A stretch of 63,111 nt of DNA, filler included, from Octopus bimaculoides (lineage: Eukaryota), in the NCBI RefSeq assembly GCF_001194135.2. It is 5 parts of 5 records of this genome, joined end to end, with 100 filler letters (N's around TTAATTAATTAA, not from the genome) between each part and the next. Parts side by side here need not be neighbours in the genome. Positions count along the whole stretch, not along the records: positions 1 to 21,238 come from NC_068991.1; 4 more parts are not named here. One strand, written 5' to 3'. Of this stretch, positions 1 to 13,312 are shown one piece after another (position 1 is the stretch's first letter; every line of letters begins with the position of its first letter). The notes beneath the pieces were generated by a model, which was given only the letters and a program-made list of their open reading frames with translations, was not told where the DNA came from and ran no database searches. Both the position numbers and the translations under genes were made by a program.

Positions 1-7
1 TATATAT

Positions 8-196
8 AAATAATATGTGACAATTATTCGGTAGCCATGATAAAACTCCGAGTTTCGGATGTCAGGGCGAAAACCCATGCCGCCATCTCTTCAGTTATCT
101 GGCTGTCGAAAAAAGAGATGGCGGTGTTGGTTTCCGCCCCAACATCCAAAACTCAGAGTTTTATCATGGCTACCGAATAATTGTCACATATTATTT
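8..196. mobile_element. foldback/MITE-like element with ~83-bp inverted arms
   Basis: aaataatatgtgacaattattcggtagccatgataaaactc... (8-90) is the reverse complement of ...gagttttatcatggctaccgaataattgtcacatattattt (114-196). Confidence 0.8.
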
Positions 197-719
197 ACAG
201 ATAAATTCCTCTATTTACATAATATCGAGGTTCCTTTCTTTCTTTTGTTGTCTTACCTTTTCTATCAATATATTATCTGCGAAACGCCTAGTTCAGAATA
301 GAGGCAGCTGATGAAAGAATAATTCCACAAGTGGCTATTTGTTTCCTATGTGTTCATGCCGTTGTCTGTAGTTCATTTTTCTAACGTCCTGTACCCGAAT
401 ATGCATCTATATACACATGTAGATGTAAGTGTGTACATATATGTGTATATACATGCTTATATATCCTTTGTATTATATATATATATGAACACACACACAC
501 ACACACACGCACACATTTATTATTCTTAAACGAGAATATTGTTGACAGTGACTTTGAAGTTTTGGCTAGCTAAGCCGTCATCGGACAATGGCTTAGCTAA
601 CTGCAACAACATTCTTGTTTAAGGATAATTAATTTGTATGCTACAAAAGTATAGAGTAATCCATCAGATTAATGTAAAACTGTTCTTATAACTCTATGTA
701 AAGACAAACATTAAGATAC

Positions 720-764
<45 letters not shown>

Positions 765-1051
765 AAGTAAATGTGATAGGAGATTAGTTGTGATCATTTT
801 ACTTTACCCCAGAAAGCTTTACTGAAAGACAGATTTGACTTTCTGACACGCATAATGTCATCTATGTCTAGATGTGTGATACAAGCATATCTGCAACCCA
901 AATTGTAAAGTTGGATTCATAAGTATTCAAATCCAGATTATTTAAAATCAATCAGCAGCAGCAGCAGTATTTCCATAATCACCAGCATCATTATTACTTT
1001 CACAAAAAAAAAAACATTGTCTTAATGTATTTTTACTTTTTTCAATTTCAG

Positions 1052-1120
1052 TGAATATGGCTGGAAAAGGAAAGGTGACCATGAAAGACTTCGAATTATT
1101 GAAAGTTCTTGGTACCGGAG
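1052..1120 (+). CDS. RPS6KA5: MSK-type ribosomal protein S6 kinase alpha-5-like, first coding exon in window (start of N-terminal kinase domain)
   Basis: tttcag acceptor and GTAAGG donor. Reads NMAGKGKVTMKDFELLKVLGTG, matching MSK1 FELLKVLGTGA. Ends in phase 1. An upstream exon probably lies outside the window. Confidence 0.9.
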
Positions 1121-1690
1121 GTAAGGTTTTGGCATGGATTTCTTTCTCTCCATTTGGTATATTTATTTTATTTAGTTCCAGAAATGTAATTTCTCTGATG
1201 CTGGAGTTTTGAATTACTTAGCGTGCATAAGAAAAGGGGAAAAAAGACGTAAAAATAATTTTTACAGGCTAAGAATCCCTTATCCCAAATTCCTGGGATT
1301 GAACGTTGCAAATTTCAGAGTATTTTTATATTTGTCCTATAAAATAGGATGGCTTGGGGATGGGACCCAAGTATAACCATAATATCAATTTAGATTTTAT
1401 AACCTGAATATAGTTTTATATCCATGTTCAATAGTTTTTATATATAATACCACCAGAAATGTAAGTTTCCACCTATGATAGCATGTTTTGATTTAAAGGT
1501 TACAGTGCACGTATGCAATTTATATTTCAAAGCAAACTTCTTAACCACCCAGTATGCCTTCTAATGGTGTGTACATACTTAGTATGATATACAAATGGTG
1601 ATACATATATATGTGTGTGTGTATGTGTATACTATTAAGTCTACTTCTTGACTGAATTCTTGTTTTAGCACCCCATATTATAGCCCCTTA

Positions 1691-2448
1691 TAACAGTTTT
1701 ACTTTTTGGAATTTTCTGAAAATTTTTGCAAATTTGTGTTCTACACATACAATTATGAAAAAAAAATTTTTAATATCTAACCCCTTCCTCCCTTACCCCA
1801 TAAATTCTAAAATTTCTGCTCTTTTTTTCTGAATTTTTTTTAAAAATCACTTTAAAATACAGACAGTCTGAATTCTTTGCATAAATCCCAGCAATGGACC
1901 ACCCTTGGATGCATTATTATTCCATTGAATGTGTTTATGGGGAGAAAAATAATGAAAAGCATCATGTCAGAAGGACAAAGAAATGAGGATGGTGGTCGTG
2001 AGATGTGCTAAAAACAACAAAATCGCCCTTAACCCATTACCTACCAGTGATCTCATATGAGATCACTTAAAAATTACAAATTTCGTAATTATCTGTCAAT
2101 ATTTACACATATCTAAACTTTTTGCTATATCTACTAGGTATATTTCTCTGATATTCAAATGAGGTTTGCTAATTTTTCACCCTATATCTTGCTTATTTCT
2201 ATTTAAAATGTTATTTTGAAATGTTACTTTGATCATTCCAGCATGTTTCTAAGGCTGTTTTATGCTAGAATTCAAAGTTTCATTAAAAAAATTCCAGTTA
2301 ATAGAATTATGGGAGGTAATGGGTTAAATTACACACACAGAACCTTTTTTTTTTTTTTTTGCATAATCATATGAATCCTCATGTGTAGAACACAAATTTG
2401 TAAAAATTTTCTGAAAATTCCAAAAAATAAAGAAGTTATGGACTGTTA
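1691..2448. mobile_element. non-autonomous DNA element with ~60-bp subterminal inverted repeats, carrying a nested MITE
   Basis: taacag...tttttggaattttctgaaaatttttgcaaatttgtgttctacacat (1691-1748) mirrors atgtgtagaacacaaatttgtaaaaattttctgaaaattccaaaaa...ctgtta (2381-2448). Confidence 0.65.
2029..2327. mobile_element. TTAA-flanked MITE (piggyBac-like ends)
   Basis: TTAA-cccattacctacca ... tgggaggtaatggg-TTAA terminal inverted repeats. Confidence 0.7.
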
Positions 2449-3013
2449 GTTATATGAGGTGCTTAAACCAGAATTCTACCTACTTTGATAGCCTCTTATT
2501 TCTCTATCACCCCTCTCATTCATCTTTCTCTTACTTGCTCCTCTGTTCACTCACACTTCTTATCATATTACTGTCATCCATGTCTTTATTACCTTTGCCT
2601 TTATCACCTACTCCTCTAGTGCTCATGTCCCTATGGCTCATCTCTTAATTACTCTTTTTCTTACTCTCACTGTACTATGCTACAGTATGACTATAGATAA
2701 TAGTGTATCTCTTATGTTCATCATGTATTACTTTCAGTGTAACTAGGGATGCTACTGGATTTATATGACCCACTCTGCAACTCTCTGTCTCTCTCTTTCC
2801 CATACATATTACCCTAACTCTGTTGCTCATCTCAAGACATGCATAAGGAACCTTATCAGATGTACCCCATCCAATCTGCTTATATTTCCCCCTGACCGTT
2901 TGGTATTGACATTCATCAGCCACTTAATATTTAGCTATGTCTTACCCGTGTCTTACTCTCTCATCTCTTTTCTCTCTAGTTCCAATGCCAACAAAATATG
3001 CACCCAATATGCA

Positions 3014-3241
3014 TTAACCCTTTTGTTACTGTATTTATTTTGAGATGCTCTGTGTTTCTTTCAATTACTTTAAATATAACAAAGAATTTAGTAAAATATC
3101 TTAGTTATCATTCAGCTGGTGTTAGGAACATAAATTGTGACTAAGGTTCGGTGGAAGATTTTAATTCAAAACTTATGAAAACAAGACATTTGTACTCAAA
3201 ACCAGAGCCAGTTTCAGCCGGGTTGGTAACGAAAGGGTTAA
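3014..3241. mobile_element. TTAA-flanked MITE (piggyBac-like ends)
   Basis: TTAA-cccttttgttac ... gtaacgaaaggg-TTAA. Confidence 0.7.
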
Positions 3242-4074
3242 GTGGTTGGTGTTAGGAGTGTTCAGCTGTAGAAACCAGATCAGCAGTGAAACTTATGAAC
3301 AAGATGTAGCCCTTGAACTCATTTAGGAGAGAGAGAGAGCAATGATCTTGCCTACATCTGCCAACATAGAAAGTGGATGTAAAATGATGATGATGGCAGT
3401 GATGGCGGTGTTGTTGTTGTTATTGTTGCCGCCACCATCATCGTTGATGTTGTTGGACATACAGCATTTTACTATTCATTTTGATCTTGTCTCATTGTCC
3501 TTAAAGCAGAACATACTGAGATCACAGCTTCTTCGCATTAAGACATTAGTAAACCACACTAAACACTTACAGTATTCAGAACAGTTACTCATTATTATTT
3601 TCAAAATAAATCATGCTGGCATCAACAAATTTTCTGGGATTATATACTGGTTTTTGAGTTCACTAGATTGTATCTGTCTGCTACAGAATTGCTTAAGCTA
3701 AGTCACAAGAAATTATCATTGTTATTTATTTATCTTAAATTGTTTACTTTTCAATATTTGACTACTTAGGTGGGACCTGTATAGAAATCAGTTATCTTTG
3801 GCAATTTCTTATAAGTTAATCAGTCATGCACCTGCATCTACTTAAAGTTTACTATTTGTTAGCGATATTCGCTGCACTTTACTGTGACATTTTGGTTTAG
3901 TGTTAGTGACATGTTATCTTGATGTTATTTGTTTGTATCCTGATATTTGATGCAAAGGTATATGTTACCTCCTCCTCCTCCTCATCATCATCATCATCAT
4001 CACCACCACCGTCCTCCTCCTCCTCCTCATCATCATCATCACGACCACCACCATTATCACCATCATCTTCACTA

Positions 4075-4345
4075 TCATCATCATCATCATTTAGCATCCA
4101 TTTTTTATGCTGGCATGGGTTAGTTTGACAGGAACTAGTAAGCTGGAGGGCTGCACCAGGCTCCAGTCTATTTTGGCTTGGTTTATACAGCTGGATGCCC
4201 TTCCTAATGCCAGCCACCCCACAGAGTGTACCAAGTGCCTTTTACATGTCATCAGCATGTGTGCCTTTTACGTGTCACCGGCACAAATACCTTTTATGTG
4301 TCACTGGCATGGGTATCTTCTACATGTCACAGGTGACGGAAAACC
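4075..4345 (-). mobile_element. RTE LINE 3' UTR fragment with (ATG)n tail
   Basis: catcat...tttagcatcc...gctggcatgggtt...ctggatgcccttcctaatgcc; same tail as the ORF-linked copies at 4.5-5.2 kb and 50.3-51.3 kb. Confidence 0.75.
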
Positions 4346-4517
4346 TAATGCAAGTGGGTGGTAGAAGGTAGAGAAAGTAAAGATAACTAAGGAAGATTAA
4401 GATAAGATACAACTTGATGAGTAAGATGACATGGGTGAGATAAAAAGACACTGAACTGTAGACTCAGAATTGCTAGTAGCATCATGGTAAAATTAGATGA
4501 TAATGTTGACTAAGTAC

Positions 4518-5486
<969 letters not shown>

Positions 5487-5719
5487 TGACGATGATAAAA
5501 AGAAAGAAATAATTGTATTTTCATCAGTATTTAATATTTTCCACTTTCATCAGTAAAAATGTAAGTGTTTCAGTTTCTAAAGTGAATCTTTAAAATTCTA
5601 GTTCATCATTTTTAAGAATTAAAGTAAAAGTAAATATTAACGTTACATTTATGTATTTGTTTTGCATGATTCTTGATGTGAAAATGTGTATTTGAAACAG
5701 ATATTCGCAAAAGATGACC

Positions 5720-6065
5720 ATCCCCAAGTACGTGGTAGGTAGTCCATCAGTGTTCAATGATGACAAAGTCTGTGTTCTCAGTGATGAAAGCGCATGTGAC
5801 TCTACAGTCCAAAGCTAGAAGTACTCAGGTTCCCACAGATGTCACAGCAATAGTCTGTTGACTGAATTGAGGCAGATGCTGCCCTGTGACGTCTTTCTCT
5901 TGCAGCATCGAGATGCTGCTGCCGGTCCTCTTTGTAGTCAGCTGCTGCTTGTGAGGTGAGCGACCTCCATGCTGATCTGTTTGTGGCAGAGGCTTTGAGT
6001 TTGTGTGGTCTAATGCCACTCCATTTGTGGTTACTTTTCAGAGTGTCTTTGTACCTCAATTTAGG
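5720..6065 (-). mobile_element. RTE (BovB-like) LINE 3' end
   Basis: RYKDTLKSNHKWSGI...ATNRSAWRSL...YCCDICGNLSTSSFGL: the RYKD-LK, R--WR and C-terminal zinc-finger motifs of RTE ORFs. Confidence 0.82.
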
Positions 6066-6288
6066 TCTTCCTCATTTGTGCAAGCTCTGCATAAGCTTGC
6101 CATACAACAGCTGTCTGGGTATACAGTTGTCAGTCATTTTTTTTCTATACCCCCAAGTATAACAATAAATATCAAATACCTTTGGAAAACATAATAATGT
6201 TATTAATGTTGCTGAAAAATTTATTTATAAAATTTGACTCCTATTTTGATTGAATGGTCAGTTTCATAATACAACACAGGTGCCAAAG

Positions 6289-7088
6289 GTGACCGAAACC
6301 AATTTCTTTCAAACTTTGCATGCTGAATGGCCTTCTTATGAAACCTTTAAATATGAAATATTTTTTACCTGACTCTAATATTTGCTGAGTTATTACCATT
6401 TGAAATTTTTAAAAAAGTGACATTTTTCAGTTACTCAACAACTTTGAAAAGCCATATCTCAGCTGCTATTTGAGCTAGAAAGCTCACCATTGACTATAGC
6501 AGAGCTATAACGTAGTTACAATTAAAGTTGACATTATTATTGAAATAATAAAAATACTTATTTTGATTATCAACACTTTGTTTTCTCCTTCAAACTCAAA
6601 TTGTCTTGCTTAGTAAGCAATTTTTGATAACTTGCCACTACTTTTCACTATAGTTATATTTATTAAAAATACTTTCCATTGAGATCCCAGTATGAATTTT
6701 TTTTTTTATGTGAGTTGTGACTAAGTAGGGCAATATTTGGACAAAATTTTAAAAAATCGATAACTACGTCTTTTAATCTATGAAAGGTCAGTGGTCAGAT
6801 TTTAGGTCAACTTCTTTATTTTTATTGTGAGGGAAAAATACACTAAACAAAAGTTGTAAATCTATTTAAATGCTTTAAAATGGAAAAAAACAAATTGAGC
6901 TTTCTAGCTCAGTAGCTGAGATATGACTTCTCAAATTATTGAGTAACTGATAAAATGTCACTTTTTTGAAAATTTCAAATGGTCATAACTCAGCAAATAT
7001 TAGAGTCAGGTAAAAATATTTCATATCTGAAGGTTTCATATAATGGCCATTTAGCATGCATAGTTTGAAAGAAATTGGTTTCAGTTAG
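6289..7088. mobile_element. foldback DNA element with ~200-bp inverted arms
   Basis: 6289-6486 (gaaaccaatttctttcaaact...ctgactctaatatttgctgagtt...gagctagaaagctca) is reverse-complementary to 6896-7088. Confidence 0.88.
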
Positions 7089-7167
7089 CTTCAATTTTTT
7101 CAAAAATTTCTTTGATTTTGCACAGAAATACCCAATAAACACATGCTCTTATAATTCCTTCAGATCT

Positions 7168-7393
7168 TTAACTCTTTAACATTCGCATTATTTTGTCAAA
7201 TGTAATGCTTATTTATTCACATTGTTTTGAACTAATCATGCATTAGCTGAAAGCTTTGAGATTTCGATGAGGTAACTTAGCTTTTAGAATGGTATTGCAG
7301 AGTTGGTGTGAGAGGCAAGATGTGACCAGTTGGGGCATAAAACTGGTAGAATATTTTGACTGGACATGACCAGTTTAAATGCTAATGGGTTAA
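7168..7393. mobile_element. TTAA-flanked MITE; related copies near 19.45-19.68 kb and 61.68-61.87 kb (opposite orientation)
   Basis: TTAActctttaacatt ... aatgctaatgggTTAA. The internal taatcatgcatta...gctttgagatttc is shared, reverse-complemented, with the other copies. Confidence 0.65.
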
Positions 7394-7605
7394 ATAAACA
7401 GAACTTAACAACTTCTGTGTGTGTGTGTGTGTGTTGTCTTAATACTTTATTCTTTTTCATAATTTTAATATTAGCAGTGTGGTCAAATATACAAATGTTA
7501 TACCTTTAAACATCTGACTGAAAATTCATTCTATTAGAGTTAGATATTGGATGTGTCTGTCCTACTTATGTTGTTTATGTGTTTGTTTTGGAACTTGTAT
7601 TTCAG

Positions 7606-7721
7606 ATTATGTGAATGGGGGTGAAATGTTCACACATTTGTTCAATCGAGAACATTTTTCTGAATCTGAAGTCCAAATCTACATTGGAGAAATTGTTTTA
7701 GCATTGGAGACTTTACACAAG
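7606..7721 (+). CDS. RPS6KA5: MSK-like kinase exon (hinge, alpha-D/E)
   Basis: ttcag...GTAAAA. (D)YVNGGEMFTHLFNREHFSESEVQIYIGEIVLALETLHK. Confidence 0.96.
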
Positions 7722-8087
7722 GTAAAAACCATCATTTGTTGTTTATCGAGACAAAGAAAAATTCTTGTAGGTGTTTATTTTAAATGAATTTACATTTGAA
7801 ATGTTTTAAATTACAATCTAATTATTGTTCATTATACTATTGAGTTTTTATTGGTTTTGCTAATTTGCCAATGGAATTGCTTATCTTAGAAAGGATATCT
7901 CGTCTGGTAAAGTTGCTCCTGATACCAAGTGAAATATTCAAATTTGCACATACAATGAAAAAAAAATTACTAAGTATAAAAATAGAAAGAAAATATAAAA
8001 AAATGGATAAAGGTTCAATAATAGATTTTGTTGTATAATTTAAACATAAACCACTGAAATAATTTTCATTTTTAATCTTTAGTGACT

Positions 8088-8845
8088 AATTAAGGCAGTG
8101 AGCTGGCAGAATCATTAGAACGCTGGGCAAAATGCTTAGCGGCATTTTGTCTGTCTTTACATTCATCATCATCATCATTTAGCATCCGCTTTCTATGATG
8201 GCATGAGTTGGACAGCTTGACACGGAACTGACTAGCAGAGAGCTGTCCAGACTTCAACTGTCTGTTGTGGCATGACTTCTACAGCTAGATGCCCTTCCTA
8301 ACATCAAACACTTAATAAAGTGTGCTGGGTGCTTATTACATGCCACCAGCACAAATGCATCTAAGCAGCACCAGCATGGGTGCATTAACACGAAACCAGC
8401 ACAGGTGCTTTTTAAGTGGCACTGGCACCTGAAAGAACATACCTGTATGTGTGGAAGACAGCAATTTTACTTAGTTTGACACAGCGTATCAAGTACAGCA
8501 AATCATTACATCTGTCAACTTTGCCTTTCGTCCTTTTGGGGGTTGAGAAAGTAAGTACCAGTTGAATACCGGGGTCGATGACATTGCTTGTCTTGTACCA
8601 AAATTTGAAACCAATATTTAGCGACTAATTGAAGCAGCAAGCTGGCAGAATTGTTAGCATGCCAGACAAAATGCTTAGAAGTATTTCATCCTTCTATACG
8701 TTCTGAGTTCAAATTCCACTATGGTTGACCTTGCTTGTCATCCTTTTGGGCTTGATAAGATAAGTACCAGTTGATCACTGGGGTCAATATAATTGACTAG
8801 CCTCTCCCCCAAATTTGCTGACATTGTGCCAAAATCTGAAACCAA
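8088..8845. mobile_element. cluster: tRNA-SINE head, inserted RTE 3' UTR (-, ~8163-8510), SINE remainder, second SINE
   Basis: ggcagtgagctggcagaatc... is interrupted by catcat-tttagcatccgc... and resumes at ttgcctttcgtccttttggggg; second copy 8630-8845. Confidence 0.75.
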
Positions 8846-9238
8846 TGGTGACTAATTTAAATAGTGATATGGAAATTATTTAATAAAATTAAATTTTGTT
8901 ACTTCACTCTGCGTTGCTCCATACAATCCTTGCATCTTTTTTGTCTTGCTTTCTGCTATCACTTCCTTTTTGTATTTCATTTATTGGGACCTTAATTAAA
9001 CATTTAGTCTCGTCATCCCTCCTCTTCAGTGTATCATTCTGGATTTCACTTTCTGTTACATTTTGTTTCCATCATTTAATCTGTAGCTATTTAAATTAAA
9101 CTATTGTGAAATTAATCTTCATCTTAAACAAATTATATCTCCTGATATTTACTGTTAGTAAAAGAAAACAGTCAGTAGAAGTTTGTAGGAAGAAGTACTG
9201 AAAGAGACTATGAAAAACTTTTTCTTTTATGATTTTAG

Positions 9239-9370
<132 letters not shown>

Positions 9371-10532
9371 TAGCGTTACTATGTGTAAAAATATTTTAGT
9401 AGTTGGTCTTGTTGATATATACAATAAATATTAGAAGATTTTTTTTTTTCTTGGACTAAAATAACTTTGTACTTTTAGAATATTGATTTCTTTTACGAAG
9501 CACAAGGCTAGAGTCTATATGTTGGTGTGATAAAGTTTGTTGAACCAACCCTGCCATGTTATTTGATTTATTTTCTCAAACTTCTGTTAGAATGAAACGA
9601 GTTTGATCCTTTTGAGAACTGCAGTCACAAGGTGTAAGGATGAAACTGAATAAAGTTTTTCATGCTGTTTTATGCTGTTAAACTACAGTTGCTGCCATCT
9701 CTTTGCTTTTATAGTTAAGATGTGGAATTATAATATATTTTTAGCCGTAATTTTTTGAAATTACAAGGAATGGAGTTTTTGATGCTTGTTTTTAGAAATT
9801 TACTTTTAGTTGGAGAGAGTAAATTAAGTTTGAGAGAAATTACAAAAGACAGTGTTTCTTTTTATAAAGATGTAGCTGGAGTTTGGAGTCCTTAACAAGG
9901 ATTAACTCGGATCATCCAGCTGGTAATATGTACAAAGGTTTTCTGGTGGATAATACATAAGCTTTCAGAATACATGGATGTATTTTAATTTCAGATCTAT
10001 CAAAAGTTTTGTTTGCTTCAAGCTACAGAAATTAAATAGAATATTTTCTTATACTTTTATGAAATTAACCTGCATAAAATGATAGACTGCTACTTTTGTT
10101 CCAGAAATACAAAACAGCTGAAATCCATAATGATATTTACTTTTCTATGAGTATTTCAATTCAAATATTTTTAAAATTGAATTTTTCATAACAGCAACTG
10201 TATTCTTGTTTATCCAATATTGTATGACAAGTTCTAACTATTAAAAAATATCATTTAAACCTGGGATCTATTTGGGTTTTGAGACAAGTGTAGCATTTGC
10301 AAATGCTTCTCTACATTTTTAGCTCTTCATTTGAACCTGTCTGAGTCTGTCCTGGTCTTATAATACAAACCTCCTGTTTTAATGTGATCTAAATTATAAT
10401 TTGCCATCAAAATAGTCTGCTGATTTATGTTCCAAACCCCAGTTTCATATTGACAGTTATTTTACTAATTCATTATATTCAAAACTAATTGAAAGAATAT
10501 ATATTAGCAACAAAGGTAGTATTAATGCCAAA

Positions 10533-10757
10533 AGGTAATATTTATCTCCACTTAAACACGGATGTTCTGTTAAAACAAACTATACCACAGTAAATACCAT
10601 GAGAGAAACTCTCATATTGGCTTCCGGTACAAAATACACTTTTGTTTATATTGCTAGCAGGGAGATAAGCCAATATGAGAGTTTCTCTCGTGGTAAATAC
10701 TGCTGCATAGTTTGTTCTGACAGAACATCCACGTTTGAGTGGGGATAAATATTACCT
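10533..10757. mobile_element. hairpin MITE with ~90-bp inverted arms
   Basis: aggtaatatttatctccacttaaacacggatgttctg...gagaaactctcatattggctt versus aagccaatatgagagtttctc...cagaacatccacgtttgagtggggataaatattacct. Confidence 0.85.
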
Positions 10758-11157
10758 CTAATTGAAAGAAACCTATTTCAACAGAAATGGTTAAACCTTC
10801 TAATTAACTTTTTTCAATAGTTGGAAGGACTTTTAATTTGGTTTTTAATCATTCTGAATCATCGGGATGCTCTCATCCTCTCAAACAGATTGATGGAAAT
10901 TGAAATAGCTGAGCCAAAGTTTGTTTTCAGTAGTGTAAACCATGTGAAAAGTTGCCAGTTTCCAGCTAATATAGCATCTTAGTTGTTTTTCAAATTTGAG
11001 TTGGTAAACCACATGAGAATTGGTTCACTCCCTAACTCAAATCACACAGCATAGCATCAAAGTTAACTATACTATTCCTTTCAGCTAACTTAAACTTGCT
11101 AAAGAAATATTTATGCTCCAATAATTAAACTTTAATCTAATTGTTGTTTCATTATAG

Positions 11158-11241
11158 ACTCATCGTGCCTATTCATATTGTGGCACCATGGAATATATGG
11201 CACCTGAAGTTGTAAGAGGAAGTTCAGCTGGACATGATTTT
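11158..11241 (+). CDS. RPS6KA5: MSK-like kinase exon (activation loop, APE)
   Basis: ttatag...GTAAGT. THRAYSYCGTMEYMAPEVVRGSSAGHDF, containing the Ser212-equivalent. Confidence 0.96.
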
Positions 11242-11411
11242 GTAAGTTCATATGTAACTGTATTGTTAGCATTTTTTACTTGGATTTAGTGATTAGCAAA
11301 TTTTTATGTCATAATGTCAAATTTTGTGTCATATTGCTACATCCAGGTACCACTCTTCCATGTCCCCTCTTTTTTCTCCATCTCTTTACCACCATGTACT
11401 TTGTTGTCAGT

Positions 11412-11720
11412 AGTGGAGGTGCAATGGCCCAGTGGTTAGGACAGCGGACTCGCGGTCATAGGATCGTGGTTTCGATTCCCAGACCGGGCGTTGTGAGTGT
11501 TTATTGAGCGAAAACACCTAAAGCTCCACGAGGCTCCGGCAGGGGATGGTGGTGAACCCTGCTGTACTCTTCCACCACAACTTTCTCTCACTCTTACTTC
11601 CTGTTTCTGTTGTGCTTGTAATTCAAAGGGTCAGCCTTGTCACACTGTGTCACACTGAATATCCCCGAGAACTACGTTAAGAGTACACGTGTCTGTGGAG
11701 TGCTCAGCCACTTGCACGTT
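11412..11720 (+). mobile_element. tRNA-derived SINE (family 3; related copies ~58525-58640 +, 58860-59128 -, 60478-60720 +, 61400-61612 -)
   Basis: A-box-like tggcccagtgg and B-box-like gtttcgattcc. The 3' part gtcacactgaat...gtggagtgctcagccacttgcac is shared with the other copies. Confidence 0.8.
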
Positions 11721-12791
11721 NNNNNNNNNNNNNNNNNNNNNNNNNNNNNNNNNNNNNNNNNNNNNNNNNNNNNNNNNNNNNNNNNNNNNNNNNNNNNNNN
11801 NNNNNNNNNNNNNNNNNNNNNNNNNNNNNNNNNNNNNNNNNNNNNNNNNNNNNNNNNNNNNNNNNNNNNNNNNNNNNNNNNNNNNNNNNNNNNNNNNNNN
11901 NNNNNNNNNNNNNNNNNNNNNNNNNNNNNNNNNNNNNNNNNNNNNNNNNNNNNNNNNNNNNNNNNNNNNNNNNNNNNNNNNNNNNNNNNNNNNNNNNNNN
12001 NNNNNNNNNNNNNNNNNNNNNNNNNNNNNNNNNNNNNNNNNNNNNNNNNNNNNNNNNNNNNNNNNNNNNNNNNNNNNNNNNNNNNNNNNNNNNNNNNNNN
12101 NNNNNNNNNNNNNNATGATGAGTTTTCACTCATCTCATACAAATCACTTTTTTTTTTGTTACTACTACCTACTAATATGTTTGCCCTCATCATGTTAACA
12201 TTTAAAGTCTTTTGATATGAATTCACCCTTTCATGTTTAGAACCTTTTTCCCTATAGTTCCTTAACAGATCTGCAGCAAGAATCAGAATGATGGCATTGA
12301 AAAGTTTTCATGGTCGTCTATTCCTGAATACTTGTGTATTCACCTATTTAACCATTGGTGACTTTGATGATTGAATTTCTAAAAAAAATTATTTTCAATG
12401 CAAACCAAGGTACACTGTTGTACATTTACTTAATGATTCATTTATCACTATTTTGGTAAATACATTTAAGGTTTTGCTTCAGTGATGAAGTTAAAATAAA
12501 ACTAAAACTTGTCTGGAGATGTCTCCCATACTTGTCAGAGAAAATAATGTAATATTAATCATTGGCTAATATAGTTTTTTCACTGCATATTTATTTCTAT
12601 TTAGCTTTTCAATGCTTCTGGTATTAAATAAGCTAACTTTAACTTACTTCAGTTAAACTAGCTTTGGTTCATTTTACACTTCATTGCTCATTTTCAGATA
12701 GTGTTTTGAGAAAAATGTAGCTTGGTGTTCAAATATAATAAGACTAATATGAAATGTTTCTTATTAAATTTGTTATGTTTCTCTCTATTAG

Positions 12792-12895
12792 TCTGTTGAC
12801 TGGTGGGCACTTGGAGTCCTTACATATGAACTGTTAACTGGGGCATCACCTTTTACTGTTGATGGAGAACGGAACTCATCAAAAGAAATCTCAAA
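12792..12895 (+). CDS. RPS6KA5: MSK-like kinase exon (subdomain IX)
   Basis: tattag...[40 protein letters not shown](K), ending in phase 2. Confidence 0.96.
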
Positions 12896-13167
12896 GTAAG
12901 ATTTATTCATTAGTTATTCTTTTCACTTTAAAAACAAATAATGGTTTGATTTTCTTCACTGTATAAACTTGAATTGATTTGCTCTAAATTAAGATTTTTA
13001 ATCCTGCATATTGGAATAAGTTCTACCATTTAATTCTTAGGTGATTATGTAAAATGCATAAAACAAAATGGTTGATTTCATTTTGAAATTTTACACAGTT
13101 TGTTTAAAATTTCATCTCCTTCATTGATTTCTTTCTCTCTCTCTCTCTCTCTCTCTCTCGTTTATAG

Positions 13168-13312
13168 GCGAATTCTTGAAAAACATCCACCGATTCCTCA
13201 ACATTTTTCTCCTGCAACAAAATCTTACATTATTTCTTTACTACACAAAGATCCTACTAAACGACTTGGTTACAATGGAGCTGAAGAAATAAAACAGCAT
13301 CCATTTTTTAAT
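13168..13312 (+). CDS. RPS6KA5: MSK-like kinase exon (subdomains X-XI)
   Basis: CT-rich tract, tatag...GTGAGT. RILEKHPPIPQHFSPATKSYIISLLHKDPTKRLGYNGAEEIKQHPFFN. Confidence 0.95.

Noticed and set aside
11412-11490. tRNA-like sequence with A and B boxes
   Set aside because: No complete cloverleaf, and it continues into a dispersed SINE body.
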